DNA of 62,911 nucleotides, filler included. It is 4 parts of 4 records of this genome, joined end to end, with 100 filler letters (N's around TTAATTAATTAA, not from the genome) between each part and the next. Parts side by side here need not be neighbours in the genome. Positions count along the whole stretch, not along the records: positions 21,904 to 43,838 come from SRR31156797_28464; 3 more parts are not named here. One strand, written 5' to 3'. The notes under the pieces are model-generated. The model saw nothing but the letters and a program-made list of their open reading frames with translations. It searched no databases and was not told the origin of the DNA. Below, in pieces: positions 31,808-41,771 of this stretch (its first letter is position 1; every line of letters starts with the position of its first letter). A program made the position numbers and the translations under genes.

Positions 31808-33343
31808 TCATGGTTTCGCTGCCTCTATTTCATCATTGACACGCAATTTCAGCCAGTCGTACATATCCTGGATATTCTTGGACATATACCATCTGCCGTT
31901 GGCAAACACCCCGTAATCCGCACCGGTCATGGCGGAAGCCAGCCGGGTGGTGTTGGCGTAGAAAAGCCACTGCTCAACCCACATTTTTTCAATGGCTTCG
32001 TTAAAAAGACTGTCCCTCTGGGCCAAACCTTTTGCAAAACCCTTTTCCCAGGCGGACAACATGATCTTCGTGGCGGTGAGGGTCATGTCATTGGTGTACT
32101 GAACCGTTTTTTTCAGGCGCGCAAAATGACCGTCCACCCACCCCCGGCTGTGGCAGCCCAAACATATTTTCTCCATGTTTTTCAACCGCTTATTCTGCTC
32201 CTTAGGATCGATCAAATATTGGGCGGCCGGCGCCCCGGTCAGTTCCGTGGGCAATGGAAGACCCTGATCGTTCCGAATCACCGTGGTATCCGGTGATTTG
32301 GGTGACGGATGCGCATAAATCAAGCCGAACAGGCGCAGGGGGAGGCGATCGTTCATGCGGTGGGTCCGTTCCGCCAGCACATCTCCCGCTTCCGAATCCA
32401 CCCGGCTCACGTGGCATACGGCGCAGGTGGGTGCTGTAAAATCCTTTCCCAGTATCCAGGGAACGGCATCATAGTTCCACCCGCTCCCCAGGGAGGAAAA
32501 AACATTTCCGTGTTTGCTGACCGTATAAACCTTATAAGCCGGCACATCGGGTCCTTTGTGACACTCCGAACAGGTGTACGGTTTGCGGGCCATGGCCATT
32601 GAAAAACCGTGACGCGTGTGACAAGCCGTGCAGGACCCTTTCGTCCCATCGGGATTGATCCGCCCCACGCCCCGGTTGGGCCAACCGGTCAGGACGGGAA
32701 AATCCATCTCGCCGTCGGGCGTATCCCGGGTCTTGAACCCTTTGACCTCGACCTTTGTACCGTGGCAGTACAGGCAGGCATCCGCATCCATTTGCGGATC
32801 GGGTTTTGCGTGGGTGACTTTCATGTTTTCAAATGTCTGCAGACCGTTCGTGCTATCCGCCAGGGATCGATACAGTGAATTGCCCTGCAGATTGCCGTAG
32901 GCATGGCTCATGAGGTTCCCGCCGTACTGCTCCACTTCCTTTGGGTGACAGGCGGCACAGTCGCCGGGGGTCACCACCACATGAACCGAATAGCCGTTGT
33001 GCTCAAAGGTATCCTTGTGCTTTTCGGGGTTCACGGTGTGGCATTCAGCACATCCGACCACCACCTTTCCCATTTTCTCCGGCGGTTTATAGACTGAAAT
33101 GCGCCGTTTTGAAGGCGATTTTTTCATTGCGGCCTCCGGGGTCATCCGCGCCATTCTTCCCGTCTTCCATCCCGCTACTATGCCCGGCGTGGCGGTCACA
33201 TGGCAATCCAGACAGGCCTCGCTGTCTTCACTCAAGGGTGCCTTTTGCGATGGCCATGCCATAACTGAAAAAAACAGGACTCCCAGAAAGATAATCCCTG
33301 CAAAAAAAATACGGCTGCCGGCACTTCGATTCCCCTGAATCAT
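31808..33343 (-). CDS. Octaheme cytochrome c, hydroxylamine oxidoreductase (HAO) family
   Basis: Eight CxxCH motifs (CLDCH, CAECH, CAACH, CLYCH, CTACH, CSECH, CAVCH, CLGCH), signal peptide, GVGRINPDG and SKHG. Confidence 0.9.
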   Translation of the reverse strand: MIQGNRSAGSRIFFAGIIFLGVLFFSVMAWPSQKAPLSEDSEACLDCHVTATPGIVAGWKTGRMARMTPEAAMKKSPSKRRISVYKPPEKMGKVVVGCAECHTVNPEKHKDTFEHNGYSVHVVVTPGDCAACHPKEVEQYGGNLMSHAYGNLQGNSLYRSLADSTNGLQTFENMKVTHAKPDPQMDADACLYCHGTKVEVKGFKTRDTPDGEMDFPVLTGWPNRGVGRINPDGTKGSCTACHTRHGFSMAMARKPYTCSECHKGPDVPAYKVYTVSKHGNVFSSLGSGWNYDAVPWILGKDFTAPTCAVCHVSRVDSEAGDVLAERTHRMNDRLPLRLFGLIYAHPSPKSPDTTVIRNDQGLPLPTELTGAPAAQYLIDPKEQNKRLKNMEKICLGCHSRGWVDGHFARLKKTVQYTNDMTLTATKIMLSAWEKGFAKGLAQRDSLFNEAIEKMWVEQWLFYANTTRLASAMTGADYGVFANGRWYMSKNIQDMYDWLKLRVNDEIEAAKP

Positions 33344-33957
33344 GAACGCCCCTTTCCCTCTGTTACGAATTCCTCCAAAGCCGCATAGGGCTGGGCGCCC
33401 ACCAGCATCCGATCATCCACAACAAAGGTGGGCACCGCCCTTATTGCCATCTGTCCGGATCGATCCCAGTCCGCATCCACGGCGTTCTCATACGGCCGCT
33501 CCTCAAGCACCTTTCGGGCTTCATTTACGTCAAGATCCACTGAACCCGCCACCTCAACCAGGATATTGCGACTGCCGATATTGCGACCCCGGGCGAAATA
33601 GGCTTGAAACACCGCATGGTTGTAGGCCTCTATTTTCCCCTGTGCTTCGGCCCACTTGCCCAGTTCCTGGGCCAGGCGACTGTTAAACGTCATATTTCGA
33701 TCACCGAAGGGCAGCCCCTCCGCTTTTGCAGCTTCTCGAAGTCGCGCCGTCATACCGGAAATATCCACCATACGCCCTTTGAAAAGGGCTTCAAGGGTCA
33801 TCCCTTCCTTGGGCGTTTCGGGGTGTAGGGGAAAAGCGCGCCATTGAATGGTCAGTGCATGTTGTTTTGATAATCGTTCAACACGGCCCGTGATGAAATA
33901 GCACCAGGGTCACACATAATCCGAAAATATCTCAAGTGTGGTTGTTGGCATCATCAT
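33340..33957 (-). CDS. DsbA/FrnE-family thioredoxin-fold selenoprotein (UxxC)
   Basis: Frame extends upstream of the track ORF through in-frame TGA (33912-33910): MMMPTTTLEIFSDYV-U-PWCYFITGRVERL..WRAFPLHPETP..AVPTF..GAQPY. Start is one of three tandem ATGs (33957/33954/33951). Confidence 0.9.
33877..33897 (-). promoter_or_regulatory. Bacterial SECIS-like hairpin
   Basis: Minus strand TTCATCACG-GGC-CGTGTTGAA, 12 nt 3' of the TGA, with a G-containing apical loop. Confidence 0.75.
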
Positions 33958-34128
33958 TATTCTCTTTCAGAGTCCCCCCACACCGGGCAACATCACCATG
34001 ACCCGGGTCTCCTTTCCTTGATTGAATACTTCAGCCATGGGGAGATCGAACTCAAAAAATGGATTGTTTAAACAAGCATATCGAAATTAATGGAGAAAGA
34101 AAATAGAAAACCGGTTAAAACCTCCCGC

Positions 34129-35757
34129 CTAAGGAAGACGATAGACGGTAATGGGTTTACTGTACCCCTTCACCCCTCGGGGGGGCTGCTGTTCCATTTC
34201 AGGTGAAATACTCAACTGTTGCACGGTCTCCTCGCTGATGAGGATGTCACATGCCACATCCCGGGTCAGTCCCTGGATTCTGGCGGCCACATTGACCGTA
34301 TTTCCGATCAGGCAGTAGGCGGACTGGTCCTCACTGCCGGAGTTCCCCGCCAGAACACTTCCCGAGTGAATCCCGATGCCGTGGGCAAACGGCACCTTCC
34401 CCTGAGCGGTCCTCTCCCGGTTCAGAACTTCCAGGGCTTTGCGCATCTCAAGGGCCGCTCTCACCGCTAAATCCGCATGGTTCTCAAAATAGACGGGCAC
34501 GCCGAAAACCGCCTCAATCTCATCACCCACAAACTGGATCACCAGGCCCCGGTGTAATCGAATGCCCTGCTGCATGCGGGTAAAATACGCCCTCATGGAC
34601 CGCATAACCTCTTCCGGCGGATTGTTTTCCACAAAGGGGGTGAAGTTTTGAAGATCCGCAAACATCACCGTACCTTCCCGCCTCTCCCCTTCCAGGGGGA
34701 TACGACCCGAAAGGATTTCATCCCGTATCTCGGGCGTCACATACCGGCCGAATGCGGTGCGAAGGGTCTCCCGTTCCGCCAGCCCCCGGATCATGGCATT
34801 GCCGGAATCCCCCAGAATGCCGATTTCATCATTGCTCACCACCTTGATGCGGGTATCGTAATCCCCCCGTCGAATCCGGGTATTCGCCTCCAGAATGTTT
34901 TGAAGGGGCGCCACAATGGATCGAACCACCAGCCGGTTCAGGATGCCGGCGCTTACCAGGAAAATACCGCACAAAACCACCGTAAACAGTATAATCCTCA
35001 GGCCGTATTCCCTGGCGGACATGGTCCCCGGTACCAGTTCCCATTGTACGGTGATCAGGGTCACCAGAAGAATGACCAGGGGAAGGACGGTACCCATGCC
35101 ATAGAACAACCGGATGCGACGTCCGATGGCCAGGTGTTCCGCACCCTCCAGACCTGCCAACCGGCCATCAGGGAAAAAGAGCGGGATCAAGCCTTTTCGG
35201 CAGTAATCTTCAATGTGATAAAAGGCCACGGACGATGTGATGAAACCCACCATGCTGGCGCGGATGGAAAATACCACCGCCGTGCGCATATCCATCCATC
35301 TGATCAGATAGGAAGCAAAGAAAATCACGGCGGGAAGCAGCACCCATATGCATACGTGGATTCCCACAAAAAAGAAAGGCAGGTTGATAATGCGACGGCG
35401 GGCCTTTTCCAGTTTTAGGTCTTCCACTTGAAGGGCATTTTTCATCCGTGTGAGGCAGTGGGACACCGGACGAAGAAGGCCGTGCATGATGAACAGGGAA
35501 GGTACCCCGATGGAAAGGATAATCAAAAAAAATACCGCGATTCGCCCGGCCACCACAGGGGCATAGGAAGATCCCGCGGCAGCCTTCAAGTCGGCGATCC
35601 GTTCCAAAATAAAATCGGTGGGCGTGGTCACATTGAGCACAAACACGATGGCAACTCCCACGGCCATGGCCCTGACACTGATGACGTACAAGCCGGCCAG
35701 AGAGATTTTCGAGGCATTCAGTCCTTTGTTTCCCCCCGTTTGCTCGGTATTTTTCAT
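34129..35757 (-). CDS. Membrane-bound class III nucleotide cyclase with HAMP domain
   Basis: About six TM helices, HAMP (DEIGIL), FADLQNFT, FVGD, GIGIHSG and GNTVNVAAR. Confidence 0.92.
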   Translation of the reverse strand: MKNTEQTGGNKGLNASKISLAGLYVISVRAMAVGVAIVFVLNVTTPTDFILERIADLKAAAGSSYAPVVAGRIAVFFLIILSIGVPSLFIMHGLLRPVSHCLTRMKNALQVEDLKLEKARRRIINLPFFFVGIHVCIWVLLPAVIFFASYLIRWMDMRTAVVFSIRASMVGFITSSVAFYHIEDYCRKGLIPLFFPDGRLAGLEGAEHLAIGRRIRLFYGMGTVLPLVILLVTLITVQWELVPGTMSAREYGLRIILFTVVLCGIFLVSAGILNRLVVRSIVAPLQNILEANTRIRRGDYDTRIKVVSNDEIGILGDSGNAMIRGLAERETLRTAFGRYVTPEIRDEILSGRIPLEGERREGTVMFADLQNFTPFVENNPPEEVMRSMRAYFTRMQQGIRLHRGLVIQFVGDEIEAVFGVPVYFENHADLAVRAALEMRKALEVLNRERTAQGKVPFAHGIGIHSGSVLAGNSGSEDQSAYCLIGNTVNVAARIQGLTRDVACDILISEETVQQLSISPEMEQQPPRGVKGYSKPITVYRLP

Positions 35758-35962
35758 GTTTTCCCTGATATTGCCGAAACAAATTAAGTTTATATTATAT
35801 TATGCCATTATACTTATGAAAGCAAAAGGTAAAAGGATTACCCTTGATTATTTCAGATAAAAAACCGCTTTTACACCCAACCATTTTTCAATATTTTTTT
35901 AGTTATTGAAATTTCCATTCACAGACGCTAATTTGAAAGGTTATCAGCCTAAAGGAGATTTA

Positions 35963-37987
35963 ATGAAACTTATGACCTCGAATCGTATAGATACCACCAA
36001 ATCCGATCCCCTTTCAAATCCTCTTGAGGTAGGTATTCACCAATTGAAGCAAAACGAACCCTTTTTCCGGGCACTTTCCGAAAAACTGGGCGACCTCATA
36101 TGGTACATGGATCTGGAAATGCGCACCCGTTATGTGACCCCCAACATTTACGGCAAACTGGGATTTACACCCGCGGAATGGATTGCCCGAACGCTTCAGG
36201 AACAAATGGCACCTGAATCCGCCGGACGTATGCGGAAAATCTTTCAAAAAGAGATACAACGGAAACCGACGGCATCGGCAGACCCGGAACAAACCTTTCA
36301 AATGGAGATACAGTATCGACACAAAAACCAAACCGACATCTGGTTTCAAAACACCATCGTAAGGGTGGCGGATGAAACGGGGCGTGTGCTGGGCCTTAAC
36401 GGAGTTGCCAGGGACATCAGCAAACAAAAACGCGCGGAAAAGGAGTCATCCCGGAAATCCTTGGAAAGACGACTCCTGCTGGATACCATTCCCATCCAGG
36501 TCTGGTACCTGACCGATGCGAAAACCTACGGCGCCGTAAATAAAGCCCACGCGGATTTTCTTGGGCTCAACCCGAAAGACCTGGCCCATGGTCGGATTGA
36601 GAAATTCAGGTCTCAAGAAGTATCCCGGCTATGCAAAGTCGGCAACGAGACGGTTTTCCAAACCGGAAAACCCGTCCATACCAAGGAATGGATGAACGAT
36701 TCCCGGGGTCAACCCCGGCTCATCGCCGTCACCAAGACCCCCAAACTGAATGAACAGGGTGAAGTGCAATACGTGGTGTGCGCCGGCACGGACATCACCG
36801 AGGAAACCAGGCACCAGGAGTTGCAACAGCGGCTTAATCAGCTTGAAAAAACCGAAAGCCTGGGTTGTATGGCCGGGGCCATTGCCCACCATTTCAACAA
36901 CCAACTCGGCGTGGTATTGGGCAACCTGGAACTGGTCATGAGTGATATGCCACCGGATGCGGTTTCGAAAAACCATCTATCGCAGGCCCAACTCGCCGCC
37001 ACCCGTGCCGCGGATCTGAGTGGCCAGATGTTGACCTACCTGGGACAGACGCCCGGCAAACGCAAACCCCTGGACCTCTCCAAAACCTGCCGGCGCATTC
37101 TGCCCATGCTTCAGGTGGCCATCCCCTCCCATACAACCCTTAAAACGGATCTTCCTCCCTTCGGACCGGTCATTCATGGCGATACCGGTCAGGTTCAACG
37201 GATTCTGATGAACCTGCTTACCAATGCATTGGAGGCGGTAGGCGACGGACCGGGCAGAATCTTTCTGTCCATCAAAACCCTGCCCGCATCAAATCTGACA
37301 CCACTCTCCCTGGTCCCCATGGACTGGATACCGAACCGAAGCACCTATGTCTCTCTCGAAGTCAGGGATACCGGTTGCGGGATGGATGCGGGTACCGCGG
37401 CCAAAGTATTCGACCCGTTTTATACCGACAAATTTACAGGCCGGGGCTTGGGGCTCCCCGTCGTCCTGGGGCTGGTAAAAGCCTCGGGCGGCGCCATAAA
37501 CGTGGAAAGCGCCCTTGATGAAGGAAGCACATTCAGAATTTTCTGGCCCTTATCCAGGGAGGAACCCCTTCGCCGAACCGAGATATCCGGAAAAACGCCG
37601 GCTATTGAGGGGGGCGGGGTGGTGCTCCTGGTGGACGACGAAGCCCTGCTGCGTGAGCTGGGCCGTCACATGCTGGAGCGTTTGGGTTTCGAAGTATTGA
37701 CCGCCGCAAACGGGACCGAGGCGCTGACGGTTTTTCGCAAACATGAAAACGTCATTCGATGCGTTATCACCGATCTCAGCATGCCCGGAATGAATGGCTG
37801 GGAAACCCTTACGGAACTCCGGAAAATGGTTCCGGATATGCCTGTAATCCTGGCCAGCGGGTACGATGAAACAACGGCTATGAAAGGGGAACATCCGGAG
37901 AATCCCGAAGCATTTTTGGGAAAACCTTTCCAAATGTCCGATCTGAAGAACGCCCTCGGGCAAGCCCTTGGTAGAACCGCTGTTTAA
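35963..37987 (+). CDS. PAS-PAS hybrid histidine kinase/receiver
   Basis: AGAIAHHFNN H-box, NLLTNA, DTGCGM, FYTDKFTGRGLGL and receiver DLSMPGMNG. ATG at 35963 follows AAAGGAG. Confidence 0.93.
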   Translation: MKLMTSNRIDTTKSDPLSNPLEVGIHQLKQNEPFFRALSEKLGDLIWYMDLEMRTRYVTPNIYGKLGFTPAEWIARTLQEQMAPESAGRMRKIFQKEIQRKPTASADPEQTFQMEIQYRHKNQTDIWFQNTIVRVADETGRVLGLNGVARDISKQKRAEKESSRKSLERRLLLDTIPIQVWYLTDAKTYGAVNKAHADFLGLNPKDLAHGRIEKFRSQEVSRLCKVGNETVFQTGKPVHTKEWMNDSRGQPRLIAVTKTPKLNEQGEVQYVVCAGTDITEETRHQELQQRLNQLEKTESLGCMAGAIAHHFNNQLGVVLGNLELVMSDMPPDAVSKNHLSQAQLAATRAADLSGQMLTYLGQTPGKRKPLDLSKTCRRILPMLQVAIPSHTTLKTDLPPFGPVIHGDTGQVQRILMNLLTNALEAVGDGPGRIFLSIKTLPASNLTPLSLVPMDWIPNRSTYVSLEVRDTGCGMDAGTAAKVFDPFYTDKFTGRGLGLPVVLGLVKASGGAINVESALDEGSTFRIFWPLSREEPLRRTEISGKTPAIEGGGVVLLVDDEALLRELGRHMLERLGFEVLTAANGTEALTVFRKHENVIRCVITDLSMPGMNGWETLTELRKMVPDMPVILASGYDETTAMKGEHPENPEAFLGKPFQMSDLKNALGQALGRTAV

Positions 37988-38005
37988 GAGGTACTCAGGG
38001 CCTCG

Positions 38006-39010
38006 GTGAAAAATCAAGGAGGTAACCTTTTGCGAAAACCGCTTCGAAGGGGAAGGGCATTCACCCTCGTCGCCTTCATCATCATTTCAGGGGTTTTCTT
38101 CAACCCCCATGCCATGGCCCTTGAAAGTGACCAGCCCCTTTCCTGCTGGCGGGGCCATGTGAGGGAAATCCTTTTAGACTACATTTACGGGGTCTCCACT
38201 CCCGGGTCAAAAGATTTCATTCCCGCAAAAAACCGTGTGGCCGTTTTTGACATGGACGGCACCCTCATGAGCGAAAAGCCCTTCCCCTTCGTCTTTGATG
38301 CAACCGTTCATTACCTGGTCCGCCACACAGAAGCATTATCCTTGAAAGGTCCTCAATTCAAAGCCCTGTGTGAAGCCGCCCAAAAGCTTGATGTGGCCTA
38401 CCTACGGAAACATATGGACCAAACTTTCATTCTCCCTTTTAAGGGAAAAACCTATGAATTCTACAGAAACTGGTGCCTGAAACTGTTTGAAACGGACATC
38501 AATCCCCTCAAAAAACGGCCGCAGAAAGCGCTGATCTATAAACCCATGATTGAGCTCATCGACCTGCTCCATGAACACGGGTTTCAGGTCTATGTGGTAT
38601 CGGGATCCATGCAGTTCGCCATCATGGCCATCTCCCATAAATACCTCCATGTGGATGAAAGCCGCTGCATCGGAAGCATGGTGCGGGCAAAGGCAAAAAA
38701 AGACGGGGAGCGGATTGCATTTATCCGCGGAGACCTCCAGCCACCCCCCAACGTGAACAGTGGAAAAGCCATCCGCATCATGATGCGAACGGGCCAACCC
38801 CCGGTACTCGCCTTCGGCAACTCTTCAGGGGACACCTGGATGCTCGATTTCACCGCTTCGTCCCCCTACCGCCACATGGCCTTTATCATCGACCATGATG
38901 ATCCCCGTGAATTCGTCTACCACCACCCGAAGCTCCTGAAAACGGCAAAAGAGAAGAAATGGATTGTCATCAGCATGAAGGAAAACTTCAAGACCGTTTA
39001 CGGCGAGTGA
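38006..39010 (+). CDS. Secreted HAD-family phosphatase
   Basis: AVFDMDGTL motif I, VVSGS motif II, AFGNSSGD motif IV, signal peptide. TTG at 38030 is an alternative start. Confidence 0.87.
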   Translation: MKNQGGNLLRKPLRRGRAFTLVAFIIISGVFFNPHAMALESDQPLSCWRGHVREILLDYIYGVSTPGSKDFIPAKNRVAVFDMDGTLMSEKPFPFVFDATVHYLVRHTEALSLKGPQFKALCEAAQKLDVAYLRKHMDQTFILPFKGKTYEFYRNWCLKLFETDINPLKKRPQKALIYKPMIELIDLLHEHGFQVYVVSGSMQFAIMAISHKYLHVDESRCIGSMVRAKAKKDGERIAFIRGDLQPPPNVNSGKAIRIMMRTGQPPVLAFGNSSGDTWMLDFTASSPYRHMAFIIDHDDPREFVYHHPKLLKTAKEKKWIVISMKENFKTVYGE

Positions 39011-41514
39011 GGGTTGGAAAGGTGTTTCCGGTGGGACACCATCCATTTGATCTCCCCATAGGAATAACCGTCCCCCAGTTCATCCTTTGCCGCGCTCAAG
39101 AAATTGTCGGGGGCATGGTTAAGCGCCGCTTCAATGTTGGCTTGCTTCTCGGGTGAGAGCAGCCGGTTAATATCCAAGTCGCCCGTTTCGATAAAAGAAC
39201 AAAGGTGTCCCTGAATGGTGGATTCCGCCAAACCCCTTTCCTTGGCAATACCTTGGACGGTGAAGCCCCCATTGAACATATCAAAGCTGATTTGCCGGGT
39301 GTTCGAGCCGGGCGCCGATTTTACCGGGGGTGTTTTTCCCCCTGCCGCATCTTTAACCGCCGGTAATGTCACACGCTCTATGCCATGTTTTTTCCGGTAC
39401 GCCGTCACCAATGCCAGAAGTTCTTCACCATATTTTTCAAGGGTTTTTTTACCCACACCTTTGATTTTTTTCAGGTCCCTCCCGTTATCGGGCAAATTCA
39501 CGGCAATCTGAATCAATACCCGTTGATGGAGGACCTGAAAATGCGCAACGCCTTGTTCCTTGGCCTTGAGGTATCGCCACTCTTTTAGCTGCCGGAATAA
39601 TTCCGGGTGCTCAATATCGCTTTCGCCGTAGTCCGGGGCTTGAGGTTTTTTTTCTCTTTCGGGGGAAAAGTCGATTTCGGCTTTTGATACGGCACGTTGA
39701 TATTCATACGGGGAAAAGCCGTTTTCACACGATTTAACACCGGCAAGCTTTACAAGAATTTCCCGTTTAAGATGATTCAGGGTATTACCGATCTGTTTGC
39801 CAAGCTCCTTATTGTCCGTCTCCGCCTGGAAATTTTGCACAACATCATCAAAAATCAGGGAAAATTTCTCCTGGAACCATTTGGATGCCTTGCCGATCCG
39901 TTCCAGAATAAAGTCGTCCGATTCCGGCAGGGCTCCTTCGGTAAAAAGGGTCTTCAGTTGCCGTTTAAATTTTTCACTGACCGAAAAAATATCTTCCCCG
40001 GCCATCTCCCGCAACCGGCCCATGTCCGACACACCGGATACCTGGACCAGACCGGCATTCCCCAGCAGAAGCCGGACAAGGTGATTGAAACGGCTGCGTA
40101 AGGTTTGAAAATCAAAACAATCGAGCAGCAACCGCTGCTGGTATTCTATTTTGGCTGCGCGAAGCACGTTTTCCGAGGGCGGGTTCCCCCTGGCCGCTTC
40201 AACAAAGGAATGGACCGCCGCATCGATTTCAACACCCCGGGACGGGACGGGGGACCTGAGCACCATGCCCTCCAGGGTCTTGCAACGGCTTAAGGCCACA
40301 TAAAACTGACCGTGGGTAAAAGCGGATTGGGCGTCGATGACAACCTTTTCAAAGGTCAGCCCCTGGCTTTTGTGAATGGTGATGGCCCAGGCCGGTTTTA
40401 GGGGAAACTGTTTGAATTTACCGATGATGTCTTCCTGGATTTCCTTGTTTTCTTCATTCACCGTATATTTGATATTTTCCCATTCCACGGGTTCAACCAC
40501 AATTTCAGCCGGTTCACCAGGACATTGAATGCGGATTTCCTCTCTGGAAATGCGCTTTATTTTTCCGATTTTCCCATTGAAATAACGCTTCTCACCAGAG
40601 GCGTCATTACGAAGAAACATCACCTGAGCCCCTTTTTTGAGCGCCAGGGCGCCCGGAGCCGGATAAGCATGTTCGGGGAAATCTCCCGAAATTTCCGCAT
40701 CAAAGCGGTATTCTTTCTCCCCCAATGCCGCAAGCCTGGTCTTGTTGATGGCGTCGGCATTGCGGTTGTGGGTGGTCAGGGTGATATAACCCTCCCCTTC
40801 TTCAGGGGTATAATCTTTGATATACCGGCGGTTCAGCTCGCCCATGGCGGCGGCATCCAACCGGTTGTCCCGCACCCGATTCAGCAGTTTGATAAACCGG
40901 GCATCGGACTGACGGTAAATATGTTTCAATTCAATGGTCAACACGTCCGTCCGGTCAAGGGCATGGCTGCTGAAAAAATATACCGATGCATAATGTTGTC
41001 GCAAAAGCTGCCATTCATTCTGCTTTGCCACGGGCGAAAGCTGGTGAAGATCTCCGATCATGAGGAGTTGCACACCACCGAAGGGCTCTTCATTGCGGCG
41101 GTGTTGCCGCAGTACCGCATCCACGGCATCCAGCAAATCCGCCCGGACCATGCTGATTTCATCAATCACCAGCAGATCAAGGCTCTTGATAATCCGCTTT
41201 TTTTCCTTGCTGAACCTGAACATGCGCCGACGGTTTTTTTCATAAGCCTCGCTGCCGGGGATGAAGGGGCCGAAAGGGAGCTGAAAAAATGAATGGAGGG
41301 TCACACCACCGGCATTAATGGCCGCAACCCCGGTGGGGGCCGTGATGATCATCCGTTTGGCCGCCCCGGCGTTTAAAAAAGGGCCCTTCAGGTTGTGCAG
41401 AAAGGTGGTTTTACCGGTGCCTGCTTTTCCCGTCAGAAAAATATGGCGGCCGGTGGATTGAACAAAGTCCCCGGCCAGCTTCAGTTCATGGTTTATGAGC
41501 GGGGTGGAAGCCAT
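38998..41514 (-). CDS. PIF1/RecD-like helicase with HRDC and C-terminal HTH
   Basis: TGKAGTGKT, IDEISM, GDLHQL, AITIHKSQG, YVALSR; HRDC (LKKIKGVGKKTLEKYG). Confidence 0.92.
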   Translation of the reverse strand: MASTPLINHELKLAGDFVQSTGRHIFLTGKAGTGKTTFLHNLKGPFLNAGAAKRMIITAPTGVAAINAGGVTLHSFFQLPFGPFIPGSEAYEKNRRRMFRFSKEKKRIIKSLDLLVIDEISMVRADLLDAVDAVLRQHRRNEEPFGGVQLLMIGDLHQLSPVAKQNEWQLLRQHYASVYFFSSHALDRTDVLTIELKHIYRQSDARFIKLLNRVRDNRLDAAAMGELNRRYIKDYTPEEGEGYITLTTHNRNADAINKTRLAALGEKEYRFDAEISGDFPEHAYPAPGALALKKGAQVMFLRNDASGEKRYFNGKIGKIKRISREEIRIQCPGEPAEIVVEPVEWENIKYTVNEENKEIQEDIIGKFKQFPLKPAWAITIHKSQGLTFEKVVIDAQSAFTHGQFYVALSRCKTLEGMVLRSPVPSRGVEIDAAVHSFVEAARGNPPSENVLRAAKIEYQQRLLLDCFDFQTLRSRFNHLVRLLLGNAGLVQVSGVSDMGRLREMAGEDIFSVSEKFKRQLKTLFTEGALPESDDFILERIGKASKWFQEKFSLIFDDVVQNFQAETDNKELGKQIGNTLNHLKREILVKLAGVKSCENGFSPYEYQRAVSKAEIDFSPEREKKPQAPDYGESDIEHPELFRQLKEWRYLKAKEQGVAHFQVLHQRVLIQIAVNLPDNGRDLKKIKGVGKKTLEKYGEELLALVTAYRKKHGIERVTLPAVKDAAGGKTPPVKSAPGSNTRQISFDMFNGGFTVQGIAKERGLAESTIQGHLCSFIETGDLDINRLLSPEKQANIEAALNHAPDNFLSAAKDELGDGYSYGEIKWMVSHRKHLSNPHSP

Positions 41515-41771
41515 ATATCTTTTTCCAAATGATAATGTGTGAAACGATTTAATCGCGGGTAGGGGTCGTCCTTCAATAATCAGGTGTTATTTTCGCTCTC
41601 AAAGGTTTCAGACTGAGTATTATGTTATGTGGGTTTTTCATTTTTTTCGAGCCCATAGACCTGCCTTGGAGCAAGATATTAATGATTCTTTTAGAGGACA
41701 ATCCAAGCCTCATTAACATAAAACGGATCTGGAGTAAATCGGAAACGGAAATCGGCTTTGCAGGATTCAGG

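Noticed and set aside
33967-33999. 10-codon ORF with strong RBS ending in a second in-frame TGA upstream of the selenoprotein
   Set aside because: No hairpin after this TGA and the extension does not resemble the family, so a second Sec is unsupported; at most a leader peptide.
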